From a virus, in IMG/VR virus record IMGVR_UViG_3300044846_001307, positions 1-64,000 of that record: a stretch of 64,000 nt of DNA; one strand, given 5' to 3'. Below, in pieces: positions 1-9,213 of this stretch (positions are counted from its first letter, which is position 1; every line of letters begins with the position of its first letter). The position numbers were made by a program, and so were the translations under genes. The notes beneath the pieces were generated by a model. The model saw only the letters and a list, made by a program, of their open reading frames with translations, was not told the origin of the DNA and searched no databases.

Positions 1-14
1 AAATAAATGATATT

Positions 15-38
15 GGAGGGGATTTAACCCCTCCTTTT
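15..38 (+). terminator. intrinsic terminator
   Basis: GGAGGGG-ATTTAA-CCCCTCC hairpin followed by TTTT. Confidence 0.75.
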
Positions 39-136
39 CATTGTTAGCTATATATTACTGATTTTTATTACTGTATGTATTATGCATTCATTTATATGTT
101 TTATATTTATCAGCATATTTATCTATATGCATTTAA

Positions 137-406
137 ATGTTGTATCAATTACCGAACGGAAAAGTAGTACATCTATCTATTGAAGAATATCTTGATCTAA
201 CTGATGAAGACGTACAGTACTTGATGTCACTTGACTTTGGTGAGCATATACAAAATCCTTTTACAGGTTCTGCTGTAGATAAAAATATCAAAGAAAAATA
301 TTATGACTTCGAATTCCTTCCCGAGGATGATGAAGAAATAAATAATATAATATCAGATGATGTTCCATTTGATGATATTATAGACTTATCAAGTCCCACA
401 GAGTAA
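137..406 (+). CDS. hypothetical protein, acidic C-terminus
   Basis: 89-aa ORF with ATG start in an A-rich context, co-oriented with the left arm. Confidence 0.75.
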   Translation: MLYQLPNGKVVHLSIEEYLDLTDEDVQYLMSLDFGEHIQNPFTGSAVDKNIKEKYYDFEFLPEDDEEINNIISDDVPFDDIIDLSSPTE

Positions 407-521
407 ATATCTTATATTACTATCCGTAATATAAACCACTTATTACAGTTTGAGTAGCTGTGATATAGTATCCACTCACAAAAATCTATTTATTTATTTA
501 TTAATTTTTAAAACTGAGATT

Positions 522-1001
522 ATGAACTCAAAAGTGATTGTATTAGCTGAAGAAACAACTGGAGCTGTTGTTAATGTTTCTCAAAACAATTCTGATTACG
601 GGTACATCCGTGTACAACAAGTAAGAACAATGATTGATGACAATGGTTTCTTACGTAGAAAACCAGTATCAGCATTAATCCCTGGATCTGTTTCTGAATT
701 ACAAGAAACTGGATTCTTTGCAGGACAACAATTAGATGGTAAAATTATTGTAGAGGAATCTCTTGAACCATTTAATGACAAAACACCAGAACGTGATCTT
801 AAGATTGCAGGTGAAACAGGTGTAGTATGTACATTAGGAGGATTACCTATCTACCGCAGAACTAAATTTAGTTTTGATTCTAATGGTGCAGACACATTGA
901 TTAAACATGATAATGTAGAGCAATTACGTGCAGCATATTCAGCACAGAATGCTAAGTCTACAGCTATCCAACCAAATGATGATTTTTCAATTGGTGGATA
1001 A
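522..1001 (+). CDS. hypothetical protein, possibly ssDNA-binding
   Basis: ATG at 522 after an A-rich leader is preferred over TTG at 450; beta-rich sequence with a DDF tail; followed by a terminator. Confidence 0.7.
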   Translation: MNSKVIVLAEETTGAVVNVSQNNSDYGYIRVQQVRTMIDDNGFLRRKPVSALIPGSVSELQETGFFAGQQLDGKIIVEESLEPFNDKTPERDLKIAGETGVVCTLGGLPIYRRTKFSFDSNGADTLIKHDNVEQLRAAYSAQNAKSTAIQPNDDFSIGG

Positions 1002-1023
1002 TTAACAATAGTTAACTAACAAA

Positions 1024-1053
1024 GAGGGGAGGCAAGTAAGTCTCCCCTTTTTT
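1024..1053 (+). terminator. intrinsic terminator
   Basis: AGGGGAGG...TCTCCCCT hairpin plus T-tract. Confidence 0.8.
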
Positions 1054-1057
1054 ATTT

Positions 1058-1564
1058 ATGAATTCAAATTGTATGATTAAAATGGAAAAGTTAAAACAAG
1101 ATGTAAGTCATTATCAATTGTATGCAGGTAAAACCTACATGCAGTATGAACAAGATAAATACTCAATTTATCAAAATTACTTATACAAAAGAGCACTCTA
1201 TGGATTAGAGTCTCTTACAGAGAAAGAACTTGCTACAATATGTAGTAAGAAAAAACAAAGAATAAACAATGTGTATAAACGTGCACAAACTGTGTTAAAC
1301 ACACTGAAACAAAAACTTACTATTAAATATAGTAATGATATATTTCAGCGTTTTTTCCCTAATTCTAAAATGACACAGGATATATTGAACTATTCAGAAA
1401 TTGATGAAAAGTATAAAAATACTTTAACTTTTAAAGATTTAAAGGTCTCAAAAGATGATATAATTCGTATATTTATAGCTGAAGGTATACTTCCTAAAAA
1501 CTTTTTAAGTTTAGAGAATGCACCTATTAGTTTACCAAGTCTAAAGAATGAAAGTAAAGCTTAA
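1058..1564 (+). CDS. hypothetical protein
   Basis: 168-aa ORF overlapping the next gene; start may be 1073 or 1082. Confidence 0.7.
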   Translation: MNSNCMIKMEKLKQDVSHYQLYAGKTYMQYEQDKYSIYQNYLYKRALYGLESLTEKELATICSKKKQRINNVYKRAQTVLNTLKQKLTIKYSNDIFQRFFPNSKMTQDILNYSEIDEKYKNTLTFKDLKVSKDDIIRIFIAEGILPKNFLSLENAPISLPSLKNESKA

Positions 1565-1958
1565 AGAATGTGATGGATGTAATAAACCATCTGTCATATG
1601 GAAGAACCATGAGGGATTCAAGTATTGCAAGTATTGTTGGAGTTGCCAAAAAGCCATTGATACAGACAGTTCACAGAAACCAACTGATTATAAAATCCCT
1701 CAGGTTTCTTCTAAAAAGAAAAAGAAAGATGCAGAGTATCTCAAGTTGAGAGAAAGGTTTCTTACTGAAAATCCAATATGTCAGGTCTCTGTAGCCGGTT
1801 GTATGCATGGTAGTACTGATGTACATCATACATATGCTGGCTCTAACAGAGATGCATTCTATTTAGTACAATCTACATGGAAATCAGTTTGTAGAAACTG
1901 TCACAACTATATCCATGAGCATCCTGAAGATGCAAGAACAATGGGTTGGTTGAAATAA
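1548..1958 (+). CDS. Zn-finger/HNH endonuclease
   Basis: CDGC and CKYC, then CQVSVAGC...DVHH...CRNCHNYIH. Confidence 0.8.
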   Translation: MKVKLKECDGCNKPSVIWKNHEGFKYCKYCWSCQKAIDTDSSQKPTDYKIPQVSSKKKKKDAEYLKLRERFLTENPICQVSVAGCMHGSTDVHHTYAGSNRDAFYLVQSTWKSVCRNCHNYIHEHPEDARTMGWLK

Positions 1959-3067
1959 CTTATAATATACTTATGACAAAAGATCAAGTTCAATTAGAAG
2001 CGTTAGAAGCAACTAAGAATAAACAAAAATGCACAATAGTTTTGGGTACTGGTGTAGGGAAGACTCTTGTGGGTTTGACTCATATTGATTCCAATACTAA
2101 TGGATTGATGAGAGTTCTTATTGTTGCACCCAAGAAATCAATCTTTCAATCATGGAAGGATGATGCTGTAAAGTTTGGGAAAGAAGAATTATTAGGTAGA
2201 ATGGTATTTACTACTTATCTAAGTTTGAATAAACAAAATCCTAATGATTATGATGCAGTCTATTTAGATGAATGTCATAGTTTATTGGATAGTCACCGAG
2301 GATTCTTACAACTGTATAAGGGTAAAATACTTGGTTTGACTGGTACACCACCTAAAGTTAACTATTCAGAGAAAGGTAAGTTGATAAATGAATTCTGTCC
2401 TGTAGTGTACACATTCAAAGCAGATGATGCTGTAGAGAATGGAATACTAAATGATTATCAAATCGTGGTACACCAGATTAATTTATCTACAGAAAAAGAT
2501 TATTTGGTTAAAATGTCAAATAAGCAATTCATGACTGATGAAGATTCTAACTATGTGTATTGGTCAAGAAGGATTGATGTTGGTTCTGGTAACATGCACA
2601 TGCTCAGAGTTATGAGAATGAAAGCTATGATGGAGTATCCAAGCAAAGAAAGGTATGCAAAAAAGTTAATGAACAGTATTGACAATAAATGTATCTTGTT
2701 TGCAAATACTCAAGCTCAAGCTGATAAGTTGTGTCCATATAGTTATCATAGTAATAACAAAGATTCTGAAGAAAATCTGCAGATGTTTAAAGATGGTGAG
2801 ATTACAAAGTTATCTACTGTATTACAGTTGAATGAAGGTGTAAATATCCCTAATCTTAAACAGGGTATAATCATGCATGCTTATGGGAATGAAAGAAAAG
2901 CAAGTCAAAGAATTGGTAGGTTACTCCGTCTTAATCCTGATGATAAAGCTATTGTACATATACTTTGTTATGTAGGTACTGTAGATGAAAAATGGGTAAC
3001 TGAAGCCTTAGAAGGATTTGATCAAACTAAAATTGTATGGAAAGATTTCGGGGTTAATTTAAGTTAA
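1946..3067 (+). CDS. superfamily 2 DExH helicase (UvsW/ResIII-like)
   Basis: GTGVGKT, LDECH, LTGT, EGVNIP and QRIGRLLR motifs; start may be 1973. Confidence 0.9.
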   Translation: MVEITYNILMTKDQVQLEALEATKNKQKCTIVLGTGVGKTLVGLTHIDSNTNGLMRVLIVAPKKSIFQSWKDDAVKFGKEELLGRMVFTTYLSLNKQNPNDYDAVYLDECHSLLDSHRGFLQLYKGKILGLTGTPPKVNYSEKGKLINEFCPVVYTFKADDAVENGILNDYQIVVHQINLSTEKDYLVKMSNKQFMTDEDSNYVYWSRRIDVGSGNMHMLRVMRMKAMMEYPSKERYAKKLMNSIDNKCILFANTQAQADKLCPYSYHSNNKDSEENLQMFKDGEITKLSTVLQLNEGVNIPNLKQGIIMHAYGNERKASQRIGRLLRLNPDDKAIVHILCYVGTVDEKWVTEALEGFDQTKIVWKDFGVNLS

Positions 3068-3080
3068 TCCTGAAATTTTC
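3046..3080 (+). terminator. hairpin, probable terminator
   Basis: TTTCGGGGTTAA-TTTAAG-TTAATCCTGAAA with G-U pairs, followed by TTTT, overlapping the helicase stop. Confidence 0.5.
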
Positions 3081-3095
3081 TTATATTAGAGTAAT

Positions 3096-3350
3096 ATGGA
3101 GGACACAAAAACACATAAATTAGTTTTGTATAATGATTCAGTCAATGACTATGCATACATTATGGCATGCTTGATCAGATTCTGTAAACATGAACCAATA
3201 CAAGCTGAACAGTGTGCTATAATTGCTCATAATGTAGGTAAATGTTCTGTTAAATCTGGTGATTATTTAGAGATGTTAGAAATAAAATCTACTTTTGAAT
3301 CCTTACAGATTAAATCAGAAATAGAAATTTATGAAAGTTATATGCATTGA
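3096..3350 (+). CDS. clpS: ATP-dependent Clp protease adaptor ClpS (Bacteroidota type)
   Basis: LVLYNDSVN...LIRFCKH...QAEQCAIIAHNVGKCSVKSG matches the ClpS core. Confidence 0.85.
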   Translation: MEDTKTHKLVLYNDSVNDYAYIMACLIRFCKHEPIQAEQCAIIAHNVGKCSVKSGDYLEMLEIKSTFESLQIKSEIEIYESYMH

Positions 3351-3603
3351 TGCAAGTAACAAACCCAGCAAGATATCAACAGATGAATGGATAAAAGAAG
3401 GTGTAGTTTACACTGTTATCCATGCTGTTAATATGGGTTTGCAAGCTGGTAAAGTTGGTTTAAAATTAAAAGAAGTTCAGTTAACTGAAAAATCATTTCC
3501 TTATGAATTCTATGATGCTAACAGATTCCTTCCTATAGAAGGATTAATGGCTGATGCAAAAGTAGAAGAGGAAGAGATGGAATTAGAATTAGATATTATT
3601 TAA
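3331..3603 (+). CDS. hypothetical protein
   Basis: 90-aa ORF (KVICID...GVVYTV...RF pattern), overlaps clpS. Confidence 0.75.
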   Translation: MKVICIDASNKPSKISTDEWIKEGVVYTVIHAVNMGLQAGKVGLKLKEVQLTEKSFPYEFYDANRFLPIEGLMADAKVEEEEMELELDII

Positions 3604-3604
3604 T

Positions 3605-4039
3605 ATGGAAGATTACACTAAAGAAGATGTTATAAATGAACTGATTCTTTTGGACCGTGATTCTCGTAAAAGACATCTTGTTGATCAAAGAAGTTATCTC
3701 ATAGCAATATTAGCATATAAGTTTGCAATGACTGAGCATGGGATTGCTAAAATTATAAACTTTAGAAGAGATAAAGTGCATTATAATAAGAAATTAGCTC
3801 TTCAATTTCATTCTGACAAGTCTTATAAACAAAACATATATGTTTATTCAGTTATGTTTCCTTTTGATCTTGATATTGTTGAAGTAACAAGAATACATAG
3901 ATCACAAAGAATTGAGTTAGATCTGGATCCTAAACTTTATAAAAAACTGAGAGCAGTAAGAGCTATTTTGGGTCACAAAGATATTAGAACAACTATTAAA
4001 TTATTTCTTGAAAAAAGTTTAAAATTATGGGAAGAATGA
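3605..4039 (+). CDS. putative DNA-binding protein (DnaA C-terminal-like HTH)
   Basis: SRKRHLVDQR...TEHGIAKIINFRRDKVHY resembles DnaA domain IV. Confidence 0.5.
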   Translation: MEDYTKEDVINELILLDRDSRKRHLVDQRSYLIAILAYKFAMTEHGIAKIINFRRDKVHYNKKLALQFHSDKSYKQNIYVYSVMFPFDLDIVEVTRIHRSQRIELDLDPKLYKKLRAVRAILGHKDIRTTIKLFLEKSLKLWEE

Positions 4040-4281
4040 AAGAAGTTTGCATTCAAATTATGAATGCAAATGAAGGTATACCAGAAGGTATGACTATAGG
4101 AGATGTAGTTAGAATGAAAGATTTAGAAATTTATAATTGGGAAGAATATGAAAGAGAAGCGGAAAGACGGAGGGTCAAGTTTATTGAATCAGAGAATTCA
4201 ACAGAACTTAAGAAAGTTGACAATTGTAACAAAAAATTCTCTTCGTTTTATGGGGAAGCAAGAGAAGAAAAAAGGGATTAA
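4027..4281 (+). CDS. hypothetical protein
   Basis: 84-aa ORF with MGRMKE start, overlapping the upstream gene. Confidence 0.65.
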   Translation: MGRMKEVCIQIMNANEGIPEGMTIGDVVRMKDLEIYNWEEYEREAERRRVKFIESENSTELKKVDNCNKKFSSFYGEAREEKRD

Positions 4282-4283
4282 CA

Positions 4284-4493
4284 ATGAAGAAGGAGATTAA
4301 ATTATATATGTATTATACTAGTTTGTTTATTGTAGGTATGATGTTTACTTTATCAGTAAACAAAACTGATAAGAGTTTAAAACATACTTCTAATACAAAT
4401 ACTTTTCATTCTAATCCTGTAAAAGATTGGAGTAATGTAAATAATCCAAAGAAGAAAGAGTATTTGGAGCATCTTTACAATACCAGCAAATAA
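4284..4493 (+). CDS. small protein with N-terminal hydrophobic helix
   Basis: LYMYYTSLFIVGMMFTLSV. Confidence 0.6.
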   Translation: MKKEIKLYMYYTSLFIVGMMFTLSVNKTDKSLKHTSNTNTFHSNPVKDWSNVNNPKKKEYLEHLYNTSK

Positions 4494-4505
4494 TCTTATA
4501 GAAAG

Positions 4506-4700
4506 ATGAAACACTTTATTAAGTATACATTGGTATGGATAAGCCAAAACTTGTCCATACCATTTTGGATGGTGGGTCATGTACACCTGATGACTTCAGT
4601 GTATGCTGATCTACATGAAATAATTATGTCCTTTGGTATGAATATCATTGTGGCAGTAGGATTTATTATTGATTACATAGATACAAGAAAGAATGAATAA
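4506..4700 (+). CDS. small membrane protein
   Basis: two hydrophobic segments in 64 aa. Confidence 0.7.
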   Translation: MKHFIKYTLVWISQNLSIPFWMVGHVHLMTSVYADLHEIIMSFGMNIIVAVGFIIDYIDTRKNE

Positions 4701-5097
4701 GTATTTTAATTTTCCAGATCAAAAAATAAAGAATCTGATTAACGACATATGTCAAGAACATTGGGATGCCTCTAAAGCAGAAGATACCAACATGGGTTAT
4801 TTATGGTACATGTATGCAACTGGTCATAAAAAAGGAGACTTTAGACCTTTCATCTTTCATTCAGAAATGAATCTTTTGATGAAGACTGAATACATAACTG
4901 AAGATGAAAAAGAAAACATGTTAAAAATGTTACTTAGTGAAGATAAAGAGAATGCTGATATTCTTGCATACTCTTTATTAACATTAAGAAATCTAAGAAT
5001 AAAAGAAAAAGGAAAATGGCTTGGAGATAATGATAATTATAAACATTTGAATTATACATCTGATATCATAAACCCTGAATTTTTTACTAAACAATAA
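4693..5097 (+). CDS. hypothetical protein with MLLSEDKEN motif
   Basis: 134-aa ORF coupled to the upstream gene. Confidence 0.7.
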   Translation: MNKYFNFPDQKIKNLINDICQEHWDASKAEDTNMGYLWYMYATGHKKGDFRPFIFHSEMNLLMKTEYITEDEKENMLKMLLSEDKENADILAYSLLTLRNLRIKEKGKWLGDNDNYKHLNYTSDIINPEFFTKQ

Positions 5098-5102
5098 TAA
5101 TT

Positions 5103-5189
5103 ATGGAAAATTATCCTAAGTGGTTAAATAACCTTGTTTACTTTTTAGCCGGAATTGGCTTTTACGGAGTTTTAATTTATTTTTTATAG
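5103..5189 (+). CDS. 28-aa single-pass membrane microprotein (not in ORF track)
   Basis: MENYPKWLNNLVYFLAGIGFYGVLIYFL* fills the gap between 5097 and 5193. Confidence 0.6.
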   Translation: MENYPKWLNNLVYFLAGIGFYGVLIYFL

Positions 5190-5192
5190 ATA

Positions 5193-5381
5193 ATGAAATG
5201 TATTAAATGCAATTCAGAAGCAACTATAGTTTGTTCACCTGATCTAGACGTTAAAGGTATTGGTATGTGTGCTGAACATGAAGAAGAAGTAAAAATGGAT
5301 TTACTTATAACACAGTTTGATCCTAAAGGATGGGATAAATTTGAAAAAAAATACAACAATGACAGAAAATCAACTAGTTGA
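5193..5381 (+). CDS. small Zn-binding protein
   Basis: CIKC...CAEH. Confidence 0.65.
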   Translation: MKCIKCNSEATIVCSPDLDVKGIGMCAEHEEEVKMDLLITQFDPKGWDKFEKKYNNDRKSTS

Positions 5382-5622
5382 ACATGGTTTTCAAAAACAA
5401 GTGTGTTCTGATTTAGAGAGTAACAATGGTTATGATTATTACTACTATATTTTAGAGCTTTGTGAAGGTGTTTGTCTTGTTTCTGAAGACAGTGATCATA
5501 TTAAAGATGATAACTGGTCAGTTGTTTCTTTTGACATCCCGGCATTGAAAATTGTGACTGAAGATAATTTAATTAATTTTCTTCAAGTAATGGAAACAGT
5601 AATAACTTGTGAAGATGTTTAG
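5359..5622 (+). CDS. hypothetical protein
   Basis: ATG at 5359 (MTENQL...) preferred over TTG at 5317. Confidence 0.65.
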   Translation: MTENQLVEHGFQKQVCSDLESNNGYDYYYYILELCEGVCLVSEDSDHIKDDNWSVVSFDIPALKIVTEDNLINFLQVMETVITCEDV

Positions 5623-5968
5623 TGGAAAGTTTATTAAAAAAGATGGCAAACTTGTATTTGCCCATCCACAAGATAAACTGGCTTATGAAATCTTCCTAGA
5701 GAAGATTCCAGAGGGTCAGAAAGTGGATATGTATTTAGATCTGGCTGATGCAGATCATAGTAAAGCACAACTTGCAAAAGTACATGCTTGTATTAGAGAA
5801 ATAGCAAAAGAATCTGGATATACCTTTGATGAAATGAAATGTGTCATTAAAGATGCATCAGGTATTGCAGATAAGTCTTTTGCTGACTGTAGTAAAGATG
5901 AATTGATGTTGGCTATTGAAGCTTGTATACAAATAGGAAGAGAACAGTTTAATATTAATCTAGCTTAG
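5609..5968 (+). CDS. NinB/Orf-like protein (tentative)
   Basis: SKAQLAKVHACIREIAKESG...KSFADCSKDELMLAIE. Confidence 0.5.
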   Translation: MKMFSGKFIKKDGKLVFAHPQDKLAYEIFLEKIPEGQKVDMYLDLADADHSKAQLAKVHACIREIAKESGYTFDEMKCVIKDASGIADKSFADCSKDELMLAIEACIQIGREQFNINLA

Positions 5969-6266
5969 GTGCAACATAACCTTCGTCTCCTGGTTCAGGA
6001 ATTTCTTTTTCTGTAAACAAGTTATTTTTAGTAGCTTGAGTTTCTATTTCAGCAAGAAGAAGTGCTAAAGTATAAAAAGCTCTTTGTTGTTCATCAAGAT
6101 CATTGTACTGTTTGTTCATGATATCTTTAAAGTATGCATCTCCTTTTTCAGGAATGTTCATACTTTGTAAAAGTACAAATGAAGCAGCTTTAGTCATTAA
6201 GTAGAAGCTTTTGTTTACTTGAATGTTTACAATAACATCATCTTTAAGCTCTTTAACCTTTATCAT
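5955..6266 (-). CDS. hypothetical protein, inverted orientation
   Basis: MIKVKELKDD... 103 aa fills the gap between 5968 and 6298; the longer ORF-track start overlaps UDG. Confidence 0.7.
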   Translation of the reverse strand: MIKVKELKDDVIVNIQVNKSFYLMTKAASFVLLQSMNIPEKGDAYFKDIMNKQYNDLDEQQRAFYTLALLLAEIETQATKNNLFTEKEIPEPGDEGYVAPKLD

Positions 6267-6297
6267 ATTTATAATTTTTATCAAAAATAACAAAAAA

Positions 6298-6990
6298 ATG
6301 GATTTAGAAGAAATTAAACAAAAAATGTTTGAGAAATTAAAACCAAATGGTTGGGATAGAATTCTTAAATCTTTTATATTTAGTTCTGAGTTTGATGATA
6401 TTCTCAACAAACTTCGGAGTCTAAGTGAATCAGACAAAAGATTTACTCCACCACTTAAACAAGTCTTTAGAGCATTTGAAGAATGTCCGTATGATGAACT
6501 TAAAATTGTGATGATTGGTCAAGACCCATATCCTCAGTTAGGTGTTGCTGATGGTATTGCATTCAGTTGTGGTAACACTTTAACAGAACAGCCTTCATTA
6601 AGATTTTTATTTAATGGAGTAGAGGAGGATTATCCTCACAGATATGAAAGAAATTGTGATCTGACTAGATGGTCAAATCAAGGTATTTTGATGCTTAATA
6701 CAGCTCTTACAACTGAAGTAGGTCAAATAGGTGGTCATTATGATATCTGGAAACCGTTTACTGCATACTTGTTAGATACTTTAAATAATCATAATAACGG
6801 ATTGATATATGTGTACATGGGTAAAAAAGCTGAAGAGTGGTCTAATCTTACCAATGATAATAATTATAGGTTTTATGTTAAACATCCTGCTTCTGCTGCT
6901 TATAATGGCTCTAAATGGGACTGTGATGATATATTTAAAAAAATATCTGTTCTAGTTAAAGAGAATTATGATCAAACAATAACTTGGTGA
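6298..6990 (+). CDS. ung: uracil-DNA glycosylase, family 1-like
   Basis: VFRAF, GQDPYP, ADGIAFS, QGILMLNTALT and HPAS motifs; ATG at 6298 after an A-run. Confidence 0.92.
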   Translation: MDLEEIKQKMFEKLKPNGWDRILKSFIFSSEFDDILNKLRSLSESDKRFTPPLKQVFRAFEECPYDELKIVMIGQDPYPQLGVADGIAFSCGNTLTEQPSLRFLFNGVEEDYPHRYERNCDLTRWSNQGILMLNTALTTEVGQIGGHYDIWKPFTAYLLDTLNNHNNGLIYVYMGKKAEEWSNLTNDNNYRFYVKHPASAAYNGSKWDCDDIFKKISVLVKENYDQTITW

Positions 6991-6991
6991 T

Positions 6992-7579
6992 ATGAAAGAA
7001 ATCTTTAAAAAACTGGCTGACAATGGAATTACTCCTAATGCATTTTATATACTAGACTGCATAAAAGAGGGTATTGTTCCAAATACTTATGTTAAAGCTA
7101 GTCTTGAGGTAACTAGGTTGATTAGAGATAATTGGCTTACACAAGATTTGGAATTAACAGACAAAAGTATTATCTTTACTACGGAGATTGATGGTTATTT
7201 CAAAAAATCCAAGAAAAAAACTTCTACAGATTTACTAGGGCATAATTTTATGCAAAACATAGAGGCATATGTTCATATATTTCCTAATAAGAAGTTGTCT
7301 TCTGGAAAATATGCTAGAGTACCTGCTAAGAACTTAGAAAGTGGATTTAGATGGTTTTTTGAAAACTATGATTACGATTGGGAAACTATCTTTCAAGCTA
7401 CACAAAAGTATGTTGGTGAATATGAATCTAAAAACTATGAATACATGAGAACTGCTCAATATTTTTTGAGAAAGCAAAATGTAGACAAGAGTTGGGATTC
7501 TGATTTGGCAACTTATTGTGAATACTTAAAAGATAATCCTGACGATGAACAAGTATATTTTGGTGAGTTAATTGTATAA
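6992..7579 (+). CDS. hypothetical replication protein (possible helicase loader or initiator)
   Basis: 195 aa directly upstream of the DnaB-like gene; function inferred from position only. Confidence 0.55.
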   Translation: MKEIFKKLADNGITPNAFYILDCIKEGIVPNTYVKASLEVTRLIRDNWLTQDLELTDKSIIFTTEIDGYFKKSKKKTSTDLLGHNFMQNIEAYVHIFPNKKLSSGKYARVPAKNLESGFRWFFENYDYDWETIFQATQKYVGEYESKNYEYMRTAQYFLRKQNVDKSWDSDLATYCEYLKDNPDDEQVYFGELIV

Positions 7580-7597
7580 TTTAAATTTTAAAAATCT

Positions 7598-8605
7598 ATG
7601 GCTAATTTATTTAATGGTGCCCGTCATTTATTACCAGTCAGTGAAAGAGACAGTTTAGAAAAGGGTCTCATTAAAATGAAAGCTAGGAGAGAAGGTAAGT
7701 TACCATCTCTTGTTAGTGCATGGCCCAAATTTAATGATGCCTTTTGTGATGGATTAGAATGGAAAACTATTACTGTAGTTGGTGCTCGACCAGGAACTGG
7801 AAAGACTCTTTTTATGGAACAACTGATATCTGATATCATTGATCTAAATAAAGCTCAAGACTTCCGTGTTCTTAAATTCCAAATGGAAATGGTTGATGAA
7901 ACAAGTGCAATAAGAAAGTTTGGTCTGAAAACAGGTGCTGATTACAATACATTAATGAGTAAGGACGGTAAATTAGTTGACAAAAGAATATTTCAGAAGT
8001 GCGTTGATTTTTATCATGAAAGTGCACAGACGGATGTTGTTAATGTTGTCTATGATGTATGTACTGTCAATGAAATGTGTGCTACTATCCATCATGAATT
8101 GGAAAGACACAGAAGAGAAGATGGTTCTTACAGAAACATGCTTGTTGCAATAGATCATTCAGCTTTATTTAAGAATGATGTAGGACAGAAAGATAAATTT
8201 GAAATGCTGGGAGCATTGGGTGAGGCCTTGACTCAAATGAAGAAGAAATATCCAGTTGCATTTATTGTCCTAAGTCAGTTAAATAGAAACATTGATGATG
8301 TTAAAAGACAAGTAGAAGGTAATTACGGTAATTATGTATTAGATTCTGATATCTATGGTTCTGATGCTTTGTTACAGCATGCAGATGTAGTAATGGGTAT
8401 TAATAAACCCTCTATAAGAAAAATTAAACAATATGGTCCTGAGAAGTTTCTGATTGAAGACCCGGATACATTAGTGTTTCATTTTTTGAAGTCCAGGAAT
8501 GGCACAACAAGAATAAGTTTCTTTAAACTTGATAGGGTAACTATGAGGATTATAGAAATGAATACCCCTGCTAGAGCTGTAGCACAAAAAATCCAAGTAA
8601 ATTAA
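7598..8605 (+). CDS. dnaB: DnaB-like replicative helicase (C-terminal ATPase domain)
   Basis: GARPGTGKT, FQMEM, IDH, LSQLNR, QHADVV and KSRNG motifs. Confidence 0.92.
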   Translation: MANLFNGARHLLPVSERDSLEKGLIKMKARREGKLPSLVSAWPKFNDAFCDGLEWKTITVVGARPGTGKTLFMEQLISDIIDLNKAQDFRVLKFQMEMVDETSAIRKFGLKTGADYNTLMSKDGKLVDKRIFQKCVDFYHESAQTDVVNVVYDVCTVNEMCATIHHELERHRREDGSYRNMLVAIDHSALFKNDVGQKDKFEMLGALGEALTQMKKKYPVAFIVLSQLNRNIDDVKRQVEGNYGNYVLDSDIYGSDALLQHADVVMGINKPSIRKIKQYGPEKFLIEDPDTLVFHFLKSRNGTTRISFFKLDRVTMRIIEMNTPARAVAQKIQVN

Positions 8606-8610
8606 TAAAT

Positions 8611-9213
8611 ATGAGTAGTAATTTAAGAAAAGAAAAAGAAAGAGAGTTCTATATGCAACATATGGATGCTTTCAAAGCAATTGGTATTGCTGATCCTTTT
8701 TTCACAATTAAAACTGCATTCTTCAAGAAAGGAAAGTTTGGAAGACAATGTCAGTTTTTTGAGTGGGAATTGAAGAAAGGTGAAGATATCTACATTGAGT
8801 TTTATGACAATGCCTATGATGGTAATGGTAGAACTATTGATATCGTACCAATGAATGAAGACAGAGCACTCTTTAAACTCAAATTCAATCCTTATTTTCA
8901 AGAGGAGTATGATGTGATTGAAGGAGTAGACAGTGAAGGAAAACCAGATAGAAAATATCTTATTCCTGTTAATGAGATGATGGTTGTATTATCTAGTGGT
9001 CAAGAGATTAGTCATTCTCTTTATGATAAGAGAAAAGAAGATGCTAAAAATGATTTGCCAGAATTACAAAAATCATTAAGTTTGTTTCCCGATTTTGAAA
9101 AAGAATACTCTCCTAAAGTAGAGGAAGTTTCTTTGAATGATGGAGATGAATCCGTTTCTGATATTTTAATGAGAATAAGTGTAGAATTTCAAAAATTAGC
9201 AAAAAGGTTATGA
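8611..9213 (+). CDS. hypothetical protein
   Basis: 200-aa ORF in the replication operon. Confidence 0.75.
   Translation: MSSNLRKEKEREFYMQHMDAFKAIGIADPFFTIKTAFFKKGKFGRQCQFFEWELKKGEDIYIEFYDNAYDGNGRTIDIVPMNEDRALFKLKFNPYFQEEYDVIEGVDSEGKPDRKYLIPVNEMMVVLSSGQEISHSLYDKRKEDAKNDLPELQKSLSLFPDFEKEYSPKVEEVSLNDGDESVSDILMRISVEFQKLAKRL

Noticed and set aside
137-240. Similarity of LTDEDVQYL in the first ORF to the cargo C-terminal tag
   Set aside because: It is not terminal, lacks the G-x-x-hydrophobic-E ending, and is a generic helix N-cap pattern.
6223-6437. Overlapping N-terminal extensions of ung (from 6223) and of the inverted gene (from 6437)
   Set aside because: ATG starts at 6298 and 6266 remove the overlap and have better A-rich contexts.
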